DNA of 64,000 nucleotides from Nannocystis bainbridge (GCF_028368995.1 NZ_JAQNDL010000005.1:320001-384000), one strand, 5' to 3'. Positions 29,798 through 41,905 are shown, numbered from the stretch's first letter. Numbers and translations: made by a program. The notes: generated by a model not told the origin, from the letters alone.

Positions 29798-30787
29798 TCA
29801 GCGTTTGCAGCGACGAATCGCCGCCACCAGCGCGTCGGCCACCGTGGCGAACGTCTCGGCCCGCGGCGCCGCGCCCTCGGCGGTCAAGGCATTGGCCACC
29901 GCAGGGCGCACCCCGCTGACGAAGCAATGCACCCCCAGCAGGCGCACCGCCGCGAAGATCCCGTGCAGCCGCTCGGCTCCGTTCACCTCGATCGACTCGA
30001 GCCCCGTCATGTCGAGGATCGCCACCTTGGCCCGCGTGTCGCAAATCGCCGCCAGCAGCTTCTCGCTCACGTGCGCCAGCTGCTCCTCTGCCAGCGTCCC
30101 TGCCAGCGGCACCGCCAGCACCTCTTGCCAGATTCGCAGCACCGGCGCCGACAGCCGCAGGATCTGCGAGCGCTGCGCCTCGATCTCCGCCACCCGTCGC
30201 TCGAGCTCCGCGTTGCTCTGCTCGAGCGCCGCTGCCCGGGCCGCCGCCACGCTGCCCAGGTGCTCGCGCTCGCGGGCCACCTGGCTCTCGAGCAGCGGCC
30301 CTGCCGTCCGCAGGAAGCTGCGCGCCAGCGTCACCTGGCGCGGTGAAAAGGCCGCCGCCCGCGAATGCACCCCCAGCAGGAGCGCCGCGCCCCGGCTCGT
30401 GCGCAGCGGCATCATCAGCGCCGCGCGGACCCCTGGCACCGCGGTCAGCGGCTGCAGATCGGGCACCCGCGCCACATCGAAGACCGCCACCACCTCGCCG
30501 CCCTCGACCCGCTGCACGAACTTGCCCGCGGCCAGGCGCACCGCCGACAGCCTCGTCTCCGTCGCCGTCACCGCCCGGTACGTCGCGCCCGCGTCGGGCA
30601 CCAGCACGGCACCCGCCTCGTAGCCGAACACCGGCGCCAGCACGGCCAGCAGCGCCGCCTCGGCGTCCGGCAGCGACCGCGCCGTCGCGGCCGCGCCCAC
30701 CGCCGTCAGCAGCCCCTCGGACTCGCGCCGCAGCTCGCGTTCGCGGTGCAGCGCCTGCTCGAGGTGGGCCACCGTCTCGCGCAGCAT
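29798..30787 (-). CDS. GAF-STAS (RsbR-like) protein
   Basis: GAF-like AALMMPL...LLLGVHS, coiled coil, STAS LSAPVLRIWQEVLAVPLAG...ILDMTG...SGVRPAVA. Confidence 0.85.
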   Translation of the reverse strand: MLRETVAHLEQALHRERELRRESEGLLTAVGAAATARSLPDAEAALLAVLAPVFGYEAGAVLVPDAGATYRAVTATETRLSAVRLAAGKFVQRVEGGEVVAVFDVARVPDLQPLTAVPGVRAALMMPLRTSRGAALLLGVHSRAAAFSPRQVTLARSFLRTAGPLLESQVAREREHLGSVAAARAAALEQSNAELERRVAEIEAQRSQILRLSAPVLRIWQEVLAVPLAGTLAEEQLAHVSEKLLAAICDTRAKVAILDMTGLESIEVNGAERLHGIFAAVRLLGVHCFVSGVRPAVANALTAEGAAPRAETFATVADALVAAIRRCKR

Positions 30788-30816
30788 CTCTTCGTCGCGC
30801 GCCACCGGAGGGGCTC

Positions 30817-31998
30817 CTACGCGCGCACCAGCGCGGTGACCGAGATCATCAAATTGCCGTGGCGATTCTCCCCGCCGACGAAGCAGCCCTGCTCGCCGAA
30901 CGTGAAGCAACCGACGAACGGCGCCCCGCCGAGGGCCGCGCGCAGCCCCGCCGCGATCGCGTCGAGCTGCGAGCGCAGCGCCAGCATGCAGCCGGCGCAG
31001 AACACCACCAGCGCCCCCGCCACCGCCTGCCGGTCGACCCCCGCGAACGCCAGCGCGTCGGTGGCCACTCGCTCCGCGCGGCTCGCCAGCGCCTCGTGCG
31101 TCCCGTGCATCAGCACCAGCTCGTCGCCGACCTCGAAGCTGGCGAACAGCTCGATCGCCCCGTCCGGCCGCACCAACGCCGGGTGCGCCAGGCGATACGA
31201 CGCCACCTCGCCGATCCCCCCGACTCGCCGTCCCAGCGGCAGCAGCGTCGATTCGGCCAGCACGTTGCCGCCGCCGCGCGCCGCCGCGATCGCCCCCTCG
31301 GTCCACCCGTCGTAGATCTCCGCCGCCGGCCGGCCGTCGATCTCGAGGATCGCCCGATCGTGCGCCTGCGTCACCTTGCCGCTGCGCGTCGTCGGCGTGT
31401 AACCGCTCTGGAACGCCGAGGCCACCCGGCCCGACGGATACAGCGCGCTGACCACCACCGCCTCCGAATGCGTGGTCGCCCGCGTCCATTGATACCAGCG
31501 GCCCGCGATCGCGTCGTCCGCCGCGCTGCCGCCGACGATCGGCACATCGGGCCCGACCACCGCCTCGATCCCCGCGATGCACGCCTCCTCGCGGCCCGGC
31601 GACGCCGTCATCCACACCAGCATCGGCACCTCGCCCGGGCGGCCGGCGTCGTCGATCGCCGCCGTCACCGCGCGCTCGCCCGCCGCCTGCGCGTCCGTCC
31701 CAAGGTCCGCCGACCCGACCCCGTACGCCCCGGCCGGGTCGTGCACCCCGAGCAGCGCCAGCCCCCGGTCGTGCACCCCCGCGTCCGTCATCACCGCCGC
31801 CGACGAGCTGCTGCCGTGGGCCACCGGCGCCCCGAGCTCGACCAGCGCCCGGCGCACGTCGTCGCCCGCGTGGGCCTCCGTCGATTGCACGAACAGCCAG
31901 TCCGGCGGCCCGCCGAGCGCCTCCACCACCGTCGCGTACGCCTCTCTCGCCGCCTGCGCGGTATCCCGCTCGACACTGTGCGCACTCGCTGACCGCAT
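30817..31998 (-). CDS. FIST (NosP-like) signal transduction protein
   Basis: IVGGSAAD, ILEIDGRPA, VFCAGC and GCFTFGEQ...HGN motifs. Confidence 0.92.
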   Translation of the reverse strand: MRSASAHSVERDTAQAAREAYATVVEALGGPPDWLFVQSTEAHAGDDVRRALVELGAPVAHGSSSSAAVMTDAGVHDRGLALLGVHDPAGAYGVGSADLGTDAQAAGERAVTAAIDDAGRPGEVPMLVWMTASPGREEACIAGIEAVVGPDVPIVGGSAADDAIAGRWYQWTRATTHSEAVVVSALYPSGRVASAFQSGYTPTTRSGKVTQAHDRAILEIDGRPAAEIYDGWTEGAIAAARGGGNVLAESTLLPLGRRVGGIGEVASYRLAHPALVRPDGAIELFASFEVGDELVLMHGTHEALASRAERVATDALAFAGVDRQAVAGALVVFCAGCMLALRSQLDAIAAGLRAALGGAPFVGCFTFGEQGCFVGGENRHGNLMISVTALVRA

Positions 31999-32186
31999 GG
32001 CTCCGAGGTTACTACAGGATGCCACTGGCGGCGCGCGGGCAGACATTCGCAGGCCGCGACATGTCCGCGGAATCATCCCTCGCCCGAGCCGCGTCGACCT
32101 CGGCCTACATCGCACATCAGGGCCCGTACGGCGGTCGCCGCGCGGACACCTTCAAATCGGGGTCCACGGCACCCGATCTCCCCACG

Positions 32187-32322
32187 TGTCCCGAAGGACA
32201 GATTTTATGGATGAGCCCGTTCTATGTCCCGAAGGACAGCTCGCAATCGACTTCGCGCAACATGTCCCGAAGAACATCTTGGACGACACGATCGCCGCTT
32301 GGAAGACATGACCGGAGGGACA
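32187..32322. repeat. TGTCCCGAAGGACA copies at exact 38-bp period
   Basis: Copies at 32187, 32225 and 32263 (1 mismatch) with unrelated 24-bp spacers. Further variant TGACCGGAGGGACA at 32309. Confidence 0.85.
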
Positions 32323-32362
32323 GATCACGCCCCATCACCGGCGAATGCACCGTCGCGCCCTG

Positions 32363-34169
32363 TTATCCCGCGGCGCGCAGCTCCACCAGCATGCCCGGCC
32401 CCACCAGCACGTGCGGATCGGCCGGGTTCGCCTGCCAGCCGCCGCCCACCGGCAACGCCAGCCGCGCACCGCTCCGCACATGGGTGAAGACCGTCACCGG
32501 GCTGGTCTCCACCGTCCATTCCGCCGGCCACGGCCCCGCGAATTCGGCCACCCGCTCGAGGCTGTCCCCGGCCCGCTCCTCCTCGCCGCTGGCGAGCTCC
32601 CAGATCCGCCAATCGCCCGCGGCCACGCGGGCGGCCATCCGACGGCCGTCGCGCGAGAACCTCGGGCTCGGCTGCAGGTACGCCTGCGTCGCCTCGTCCA
32701 AATTCGTGAGCTCGCCGCAGCGCTGCACCAGCGCCCCCTCGGCCGTGCGAACCTCGACCTGCCCGCCGTCCTGCACCGCGAGAAGGCCCCCGTCGGCGCT
32801 CATCCCCAGCCGCCAGCCCGCCAGCTCGAACGTCACTGAACCGACGCAGCGCCCGTGCGGCAGCTCGTGCAACGCCACCGTGGTCGCGCCCTGGGCCAGC
32901 GCCGCCATGCGCACCCCCTCGCGGTCGTACGCCAGCCGGTCCCCCAGCGAGAAGCCGAGCGGCTCCCGCATCGCCAGCGCGACCCCGCTGCGGGTGTCCC
33001 ATAGCTGCAGCCCCCCCTTGCGTGCAAATCATGTGACGTGTCCCAAAGTACAGCCACGGATCGGCCGGCCCGCCCTCGAGGTAACGCCCGAACTCCACCT
33101 CCATCCGCGCCAGCGGCTCCCCGGTGCGACCGTCGAGCAGGTCCCGGTCCCACACCAGCCGCGTGCCGTCCGGATCGAAGCACGGCGGGAAGCCCTGCTC
33201 GGGCGGCGGCGTCTTCAGCCGCATCAGCGCCGCCAGCGACCACACCTTCACCGCTCCCGCGAACGTGGCCACGAACTCACCGCTCGGCGACACCGCCATC
33301 TCCCAGCCGAAGATCGGCAGCACGCGCTCGCGGCGACCGTCCCAGCCGATCATCCCGCTGCGAGTCGTCGAGACCACCAGCTTCCCGCCGCCCTCCGCGA
33401 CCTCCGACACCGGTGAATCGGTGACCAGCGCGCGCTCGATCTGCAGCGTCGCCGGATCGACGACATACACGAACCCGGCGGCGTACTCGTCCTCCGAGCC
33501 GTACACGAGCAGGCGTTTCTCGTCGGCCGTGAACTTCGCGCTCGCGGTGCCCTCCGCTGGGCAAGGCAACGCCTCGCGCGGCGCGCCCTCCGAGCGGAGC
33601 AAGTACGTCGGGCCCCACCCGTCGCTCACGAACTTCGGGTACGCCGGCGCGGCCTCGTCGTCCAGATCCGGCTCGGTCACGAATTGATCGCCGCGCCACT
33701 GCCAGCGCACCCGCTCCTTGCGCCGCTCGGGCACCCCGGGGTTCGGGTACATGCGCCGCGCCGACACCACGATCTCGTCGTCCGTCACGAAGCGCAGCAC
33801 GGCCAGCCCCGCCAGCGACACCTCGCTCGAGGTCAGCTCGGCGAGCAGCCCCTCCGTCAGCGGCAGCCGGCGCATCGGCCGGATCCACGGCCTCTGCCGC
33901 GCCGCCAGCTCCTCCGCCCAGCGCCGATACAGCGCCGCCGTCGTCCGGTCGCCGAACGTGCGCGCCAGCATGCAGCTGCCCACCGAATCCGGGTACTGCG
34001 CCAGCAGCTTGCGGTCGCTCTCCAACACCCGCCGCAGCCGCGCCCGCACCTTCTCGCCCTCGATCTCTGCCAGCCACACCTCGAGCGAATCGGTGGCCAG
34101 GGCAGACTCGAGCGCAGCGATCGAGGCAGTCACCCCGGTCTTATCGCACGTCCCCGTCGACACCGGCAT
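32363..34169 (-). pseudogene. WD40-like beta-propeller protein split by a 1-nt frameshift in a G7 tract
   Basis: ORF 32325..34256 is coding up to MICTQGG. Removing one G at 33011-33017 gives QGGLQLWDTRSGVALAMREP, which joins ORF 32363..32971. Confidence 0.8.
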
Positions 34170-34360
34170 CCGTGCCCCCCTCACCCCGGTCGACATGCCC
34201 CCCCTCGCCCCCTCTGCGCAAATCCGGCCACTGGCACGCGGCATCATCGACGACACTCTTTTCGGCCTTCACGGCAGGCTGGTCCAGGAGCGCGAATATT
34301 GCTACTTGATCGACCTGGGACGCCGCGCGACGGCTCCAGCCCTCGGACGACGAGACACCC

Positions 34361-37300
34361 ATGAGCAAGCGCCAGGAGCCGCCCGAGCAAGCGTGGGGTC
34401 TCTACGAGACCCTGATCACCGAGGCCGTCGCCGCCAACGTCCGCGACCTCTCCCCTCGTCGCTCCGCGCGGGTCGAGCGGCTCCGCCCAGCCGACGCCGC
34501 CGACCGCCTCGCTTTGCATCTCGGCCGGATCGTCAACCGCGCGCTCGCGGCGTTGCCCGACGAGGAGCGGGTGCCTCGCGGCGTTCAGTTGGCGCGGCAG
34601 TTGATCGCGCAGATCGCCTCCGAGCTCGCCCTCGACCTCGCCCCCGACCTCCCGCGCGAGCCCGGCGAGGTCCTGCGGGCGCTGCTGGGCCGCCTGCCGG
34701 ACGGCAGCGCCGAGCTCCTGAGCGAGCCGATGATCCCGCTGCTCGACACCACGCTCCTCACCAACGCCCCGGGGGAGCCGCGGCTCGGTCACCAGCTCCA
34801 CGCCGAGATCCACTCCTCCGATCGCATCGATCTGCTGATGGCATTCATTCGTCGCAGCGGCCTCGCCCCGTTGCTGGACGCCCTTCGCCGCCACTGCGAG
34901 GCCGGCCGCACCCTGCGGCTCTTGACCACCACCTACACCGGCTCGACCGAGGCGCGCGCTCTCGATCAGCTGCGCGCGCTCGGGGCCGACATTCGCATCT
35001 CCTACGATACCGGGGCGTCGCGCCTGCACGCCAAGGCGTGGCTGTTTCACCGCCGCTCGGGCTTCTCGACGGCGTACATCGGCTCCTCGAACCTCACCCA
35101 CGCCGCGCAGGTCACCGGCCTCGAGTGGAACCTCCGCGTCTCGAGCGCGCGCAACCCCGACGTGATCGACCGCGTCGCCGCGGTCTTCGAGACCTACTGG
35201 AACAGCGACGACTTCATCGCCTACGACCCCGACCAATTCGCCGCCGAGAACGAGCGCGCGTCCGGCCCTGTCCTCCTGCTCAGCCCCATCGAACTGCGCC
35301 TGGAGCCCTTCCAGGAGCGCATGCTCGAGCAGATCGCCCTCGCCCGCGCGCAAGGTCATCACCGCAACCTCCTCGTCTCCGCCACCGGCACCGGCAAGAC
35401 CGTGATGGCCGCCGTCGACTACGCCCGGCTGCGCGCGAGCCTGCCGCGCGCCCGGCTCCTGTTCGTCGCTCACCGCGAGGAGCTCCTCGACCAGAGCCTC
35501 GCGACCTTCCGCCACGCCCTCCGTGAGCCCAGCTTCGGCGAGCTATGGGTCGGCGGCCAGCGGCCGCGGCGGTTCGAGCACGTGTTCGCCTCGATCCAGA
35601 GCCTGAACGCCGCCGGCCTCGCCGACCTCGACCCACGCCAGTTCGACGTCGTGATCGTCGATGAATTCCACCACGCCGCCGCGCCGTCGTACCGCGCCTT
35701 GCTCGATCACATCACCCCGCTCGAGCTGCTCGGATTGACCGCCACTCCCGAGCGCAGCGACGGCCTGCCGCTGCTCGGGTGGTTCGACGGCCGGATCGCC
35801 GCCGAGCTGCGCCTGTGGGACGCCATCGATCAGCGCCGCCTCGCCCCGTTCCTGTACTACGGCATTCACGACGGCCTCGACCTGCGCGACGTCGCCTGGC
35901 GTCGCGGTCGCGGCTACGACGTCGCGTCGCTCTCGAACCTGATCACCGCCAACGACGTCTGGGCCCGCCGGGTGCTCGCCCAGCTCGTCGCGCGCATCGA
36001 CGATCCTCGCGCGATGCGAGCGCTCGGCTTCTGCGTCAGCGTCGACCACGCCCGCTTCATGGCCCGCGTCTTCAACGAGGCCGGCATCGCCGCGCTCGCC
36101 GTGTGTGGCGACAGCCCGGACGGCGAGCGCCGCGCCGCGCTCGACGACCTCGCCGCGCGCCGCGTCAACATCGTCTTCTCGGTCGACCTCTTCAACGAGG
36201 GCATCGACGTGCCCGCCGTCGACACTCTCCTCCTGCTCCGACCGACGGACAGTCCGACGCTGTTCCTGCAGCAGCTCGGCCGCGGCCTCCGGCGCAGCCA
36301 CGGCAAGGAGGCCTGCACCGTCCTGGACTTCGTCGGCCGCCACCGCGCCGAGTTTCGCTTCGATCGCCGGTTCCAGGCCCTCCTCGGCGGCTCTCGCCGC
36401 GACCTCGTGCAGCAGATCGAGCACGGCTTCCCGTTCCTCCCGGCCGGCTGCCATCTCGAGCTCGACCCGATCGCCGCCGACATCGTGCTCGCCAACATCC
36501 GCCAGGCGACCCCCTCGCGACGCCCCGCCAAGATCGAAGCCCTGCGCCGGCTCGCCCGCGAGCACGGCGCGCCCACGCTCGATCAATACCTCACGGAGGA
36601 GGGCCTCGATCTCGCCGATGTCTACAGCGGAGACGGCTGGTCGGACCTGTGCGAGGCCGCCGGCCTGTCCCTTCGGCCAGCCGGGCCGCGCGAGGCCGAG
36701 CTCCGCCGCGCCTGCGCGCGCCTGCTCCACATCGACGACCCCGAGCGGATCGCGGCCTTCCGGGACCTCGTGGCCCGCGACGCACCTCCGCCGCTCACGG
36801 GCATGCCGGAGCGCCAGCGTCGGCTGCTGCGCATGCTCGTCGCGGCCGTGACCGAGCGCGCCCTCGACAAGACCACCACGCTCGCCCAGGCCAGCGCGCT
36901 GCTCTGGCAACACCCGCAAGTGTTGGCCGAGCTCCGCGAGCTGCTCGCCGTGCTCGCCGGCCGCATCGATCACCTCCACCACCCGCTCGCGGAGCGTCCT
37001 GATGTCCCGCTGCAGGTCCACGCTCGCTACACCCGCATCGAGATCCTCGCGGCGTTCGGCGTCGGCGCCGAGGCCAAGGTCGCGCCGTGGCAAACCGGCG
37101 TCTACTGGGCCAAGGAAGCGCGCGCCGACCTCCTGGCCTTCACGCTCGACAAGACCAGCGGCAACTTCTCACCGACCACCCGTTATCGCGACTACGCGAT
37201 CAGCCGCGAGCTTATCCACTGGGAGAGCCAGGCGATGACCCGCGCCACCAGCGAGACCGCCCGGCGTTACCAACAGCACGTCCAGCTCGGCACCGCGATC

Positions 37301-37462
37301 ATGTTGTTCGCCCGCGTTCGCAGCGACGAGCGGGCCTTCTGGTTCCTCGGGCCTGCCACTTACGTCCGCCACGAAAGAGAGGCGCCGATGGCCGTCACGT
37401 GGCGCCTGCATCACGCGCTCCCCGGCGACCTCTTCACCGCGTTCGCCGCCGCGGTCGCCTGA
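34361..37462 (+). CDS. PLD nuclease - SF2 helicase - DUF3427 protein (SauUSI-like modification-dependent restriction enzyme)
   Basis: LHAKAWLF...GSSNLT (PLD), SATGTGKT, DEFHH, TATPER, QQLGRGLR, C-terminal YRDYAISRELIHWESQ. Confidence 0.92.
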   Translation: MSKRQEPPEQAWGLYETLITEAVAANVRDLSPRRSARVERLRPADAADRLALHLGRIVNRALAALPDEERVPRGVQLARQLIAQIASELALDLAPDLPREPGEVLRALLGRLPDGSAELLSEPMIPLLDTTLLTNAPGEPRLGHQLHAEIHSSDRIDLLMAFIRRSGLAPLLDALRRHCEAGRTLRLLTTTYTGSTEARALDQLRALGADIRISYDTGASRLHAKAWLFHRRSGFSTAYIGSSNLTHAAQVTGLEWNLRVSSARNPDVIDRVAAVFETYWNSDDFIAYDPDQFAAENERASGPVLLLSPIELRLEPFQERMLEQIALARAQGHHRNLLVSATGTGKTVMAAVDYARLRASLPRARLLFVAHREELLDQSLATFRHALREPSFGELWVGGQRPRRFEHVFASIQSLNAAGLADLDPRQFDVVIVDEFHHAAAPSYRALLDHITPLELLGLTATPERSDGLPLLGWFDGRIAAELRLWDAIDQRRLAPFLYYGIHDGLDLRDVAWRRGRGYDVASLSNLITANDVWARRVLAQLVARIDDPRAMRALGFCVSVDHARFMARVFNEAGIAALAVCGDSPDGERRAALDDLAARRVNIVFSVDLFNEGIDVPAVDTLLLLRPTDSPTLFLQQLGRGLRRSHGKEACTVLDFVGRHRAEFRFDRRFQALLGGSRRDLVQQIEHGFPFLPAGCHLELDPIAADIVLANIRQATPSRRPAKIEALRRLAREHGAPTLDQYLTEEGLDLADVYSGDGWSDLCEAAGLSLRPAGPREAELRRACARLLHIDDPERIAAFRDLVARDAPPPLTGMPERQRRLLRMLVAAVTERALDKTTTLAQASALLWQHPQVLAELRELLAVLAGRIDHLHHPLAERPDVPLQVHARYTRIEILAAFGVGAEAKVAPWQTGVYWAKEARADLLAFTLDKTSGNFSPTTRYRDYAISRELIHWESQAMTRATSETARRYQQHVQLGTAIMLFARVRSDERAFWFLGPATYVRHEREAPMAVTWRLHHALPGDLFTAFAAAVA

Positions 37463-37853
37463 CCGCTGCGTATCGCAGCGCTCCCTCTCGACTCACGGCC
37501 GCTCGCGCCCGCATGGTCTGCAGGGTCGCACGCGTGCCGTGACGCGCCGATCGCGTCCTTACACTCCCGTATGGGTCGGAGCCCGCCCACGTCCTCGGGT
37601 CGACGCCGAGGCACCGCGCTCACCCGATCTCGAGGATGTCCCGAAGGACAGCTGACCTCACATCGCGCCTGCGGCGCGAGGCTGCCGGGGACGTCCGCCT
37701 CGCTCGGCCCTGCGGCTCACGCGCGACGCTCCAGGAGCGCGACGGACGGGCGAAGCGTGCACCTCGTCCCTCGATCCTCGGGTTCGTGCCCAGGATGTCC
37801 GCGGACGGCTCGTCAGTATCTGCGGGCTGGCTGCGCGGTGTAAGCTCGCCGCG

Positions 37854-38798
37854 ATGGCCGCAAGCGACAGGTCGAACGAAGAGCTCACCGCCGAGGTGGA
37901 GGCGCTTCGGCGGCAGGTGGAGGAGCTCGAGGTCGACGCGCGGCGGTACCGGGCGATGGTCGACAATGTCGCCCTCAGCGTCCAGGTCTGCGACGCCGCC
38001 GGTCGCGTCGTCGAGGTCAACCGCGGCTTCGAGCGGCTGTGGCACCTCTCGCTCGCCGCCGTGCACGGCCACGTCATCCTCGAGGACAAGCAGCTCGAGC
38101 CGTCCGGCAGCCTGCGCGGCGTTCGCCACGCCTACGCCACCGGCGAGGCCACCCGGCTGCCCGCCATTCGCTACGATCCGCGGCACACCGAGGGCGTCTC
38201 CGACGGCTCTGCGGGGTGGGTCGCCTCCTCGATCTACCCCGTGCGCGACGACGCCGGCCGGCTCGTCGAGGCCGTGATCATGCACTACGAGATCGGCGAG
38301 CTGAAGCGCAGCGAGGAGGAGCTGCGGATCCAGAACGAGGCGCTCGAGGCCGCGGTCGCCGCCCGCACGGCCGAGCTGTCCGAGCACCTGCGCCTGCTCC
38401 ACGCCCAGCAGCAGTCGCTGCGCGAGCTCTCCACGCCGGTGATCCGCCTGTGGCCGGGGATCCTCGCGCTGCCGCTGATCGGGGTGATCGACGCCGCCCG
38501 GGCGACGCAGATCATGGAGAACCTGCTCTCGGCGATCGTCCATCACCGCGCCTCGCAGGTCCTGCTCGACGTCACCGGCGTGCCCGTCATCGACGCGGAG
38601 GTCGCCGCCCACCTGTGCCAGACCGTCGGCGCCGCGGCGCTGCTCGGCGTGCGCTGCATCCTCGTCGGCATCTCGCCGACCATGGCGCAGACCCTCGTCG
38701 AGCTCGACCTCGACCTCACGCGCCTGGCCACCGCCGCGAGCCTGGAAGACGGCCTCCGACAGGCGCTCGCGCAGCGCAGCCCGACCCCCCGCGGCTGA
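37854..38798 (+). CDS. PAS-STAS (RsbR-like) protein
   Basis: PAS DAAGRVVEVN...PVRDDAG, STAS ELSTPVIRLWPGILALPLIGVID...LDVTGV...GISPTMAQTL. Confidence 0.92.
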   Translation: MAASDRSNEELTAEVEALRRQVEELEVDARRYRAMVDNVALSVQVCDAAGRVVEVNRGFERLWHLSLAAVHGHVILEDKQLEPSGSLRGVRHAYATGEATRLPAIRYDPRHTEGVSDGSAGWVASSIYPVRDDAGRLVEAVIMHYEIGELKRSEEELRIQNEALEAAVAARTAELSEHLRLLHAQQQSLRELSTPVIRLWPGILALPLIGVIDAARATQIMENLLSAIVHHRASQVLLDVTGVPVIDAEVAAHLCQTVGAAALLGVRCILVGISPTMAQTLVELDLDLTRLATAASLEDGLRQALAQRSPTPRG

Positions 38799-38943
38799 TC
38801 GTCGCCAGGCGTCGCGCCGGAGCAGCCGCCGCCGGCAGGCGCTCGCGCAGCGCGACCCGGCGTTGGGACCCAGATCGTCGTGATCATGCGCTAGCCCGCG
38901 CCGAGGGTTGACATCCGCCCGAGGCCGGGGAAACGATCGCGGG

Positions 38944-39369
38944 ATGATGAGAGCATCCGCCGCCCGCGGCCGAACGCAGGTCATCGGCGTCATCAACACC
39001 TGCATGACCTTCCAAGTGGCGGTGATCGTGCTGTTCGTGGCCGTCCGTGGCGGCGAGCGGCTGCCGCAGCAGCTCGTCCGCACTCTCCTGGCCGCCGGCC
39101 TGTGCTACGCGCTCTACCGCGGCGCTCCGTGGGCGCGCTGGACCACGGCCGTGCTGTACGGCTTCGCCGGCGCGCTGGGGATGGTCCTGCTGGCGACCGA
39201 CCACGACACCGTGAACGCGATGACGCTGTTCCAGTTCGCTATGGCCACCAGCTTCCTCTCCTGCACCGTGGTCCTGGTGCTCTCGCGCGACGTGGCGGCG
39301 TACTTTCGCCGCGACACCGCCGTCCGCTCGCCGCCCGGGCAGCCCCGCGCCCCGGACAAAGTGCAATGA
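38944..39369 (+). CDS. hypothetical membrane protein
   Basis: Four TM helices, motifs LYRGAPWARW and SRDVAAYF. Confidence 0.75.
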   Translation: MMRASAARGRTQVIGVINTCMTFQVAVIVLFVAVRGGERLPQQLVRTLLAAGLCYALYRGAPWARWTTAVLYGFAGALGMVLLATDHDTVNAMTLFQFAMATSFLSCTVVLVLSRDVAAYFRRDTAVRSPPGQPRAPDKVQ

Positions 39370-39785
39370 CCATTGGGACATGTGTCGGGAGGGCTACTGC
39401 CCCATCCTCCGACGCCAGGCCACGAAGCTCGACCCGATCGCAGTCGCCAGCCGCGAGAGGGGGTCCTTCCGTCCCTCAACGCCAGGTATAGAAGCGTTCC
39501 ATCTGCTCATGACGCCTCCGGCGTGTGCTCCAAGCACCTTCGCCCGCAGCGAGTCATTTATCACAACAGATGACCCAAGAGACATGTTGCGCCCCCGCTC
39601 CTCCGCCGGGCGGCCGCGCGCGTCGGCTCGCCCAATCGCGCGAGGCGCTCATCCGGGTCCCCCTCCCCCCGGCCGCCCTCACCAGTAACTCCCCCGAGCG
39701 CGCCTCCTCCTCGTACGAATCGGCGGTCCGCGCCTCGGTCGATACCCCACCCATTCGCGCACGAAAACGCCACCGACGCGCGATC

Positions 39786-39821
39786 TAAGTCAGTTGACTT
39801 TTCAGGCGAATGACTTAGTGT
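39786..39821 (+). promoter_or_regulatory. sigma70-like promoter overlapped by a palindromic operator
   Basis: AAGTCA-GT-TGACTT palindrome at 39787-39800 and a further TGACTTA at 39811. TTGACT-16nt-TAGTGT. Upstream of the BVMO operon. Confidence 0.5.
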
Positions 39822-40074
39822 ACCGGCCCGGGAGGATGCGCTCCCAGACCACCTCTAAAAAGCCCACGGGAGGGGCTCCTCCCATTCCCTGGAATGCCGC
39901 GCCCCCGGTCGGATCTGCCGTGGTCGCGCCGGGACCGTCATCGCCCTGCGATGATTCGCGGGACCGCGCCCTCGCCGGCGCGCCCGCGCATAGGTCCGCC
40001 CGTGGCTCGACGAATGATGGCAGCGCCCTTGCCCCTTCGGGCCGGCGCCTCTTTGCAGCGAAGGATGTGCGACG

Positions 40075-41886
<1,812 letters not shown>

Positions 41887-41905
41887 ACGCGCCCCGGAGG
41901 ACCTC

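Noticed and set aside
32187-32276. CRISPR array call for the repeat-spacer pattern (also 61121-61301)
   Set aside because: Repeats are only 14 bp (or irregularly spaced), there are only three units, no cas genes are in the window, and the same motif is dispersed everywhere. Kept as an unclassified repeat.
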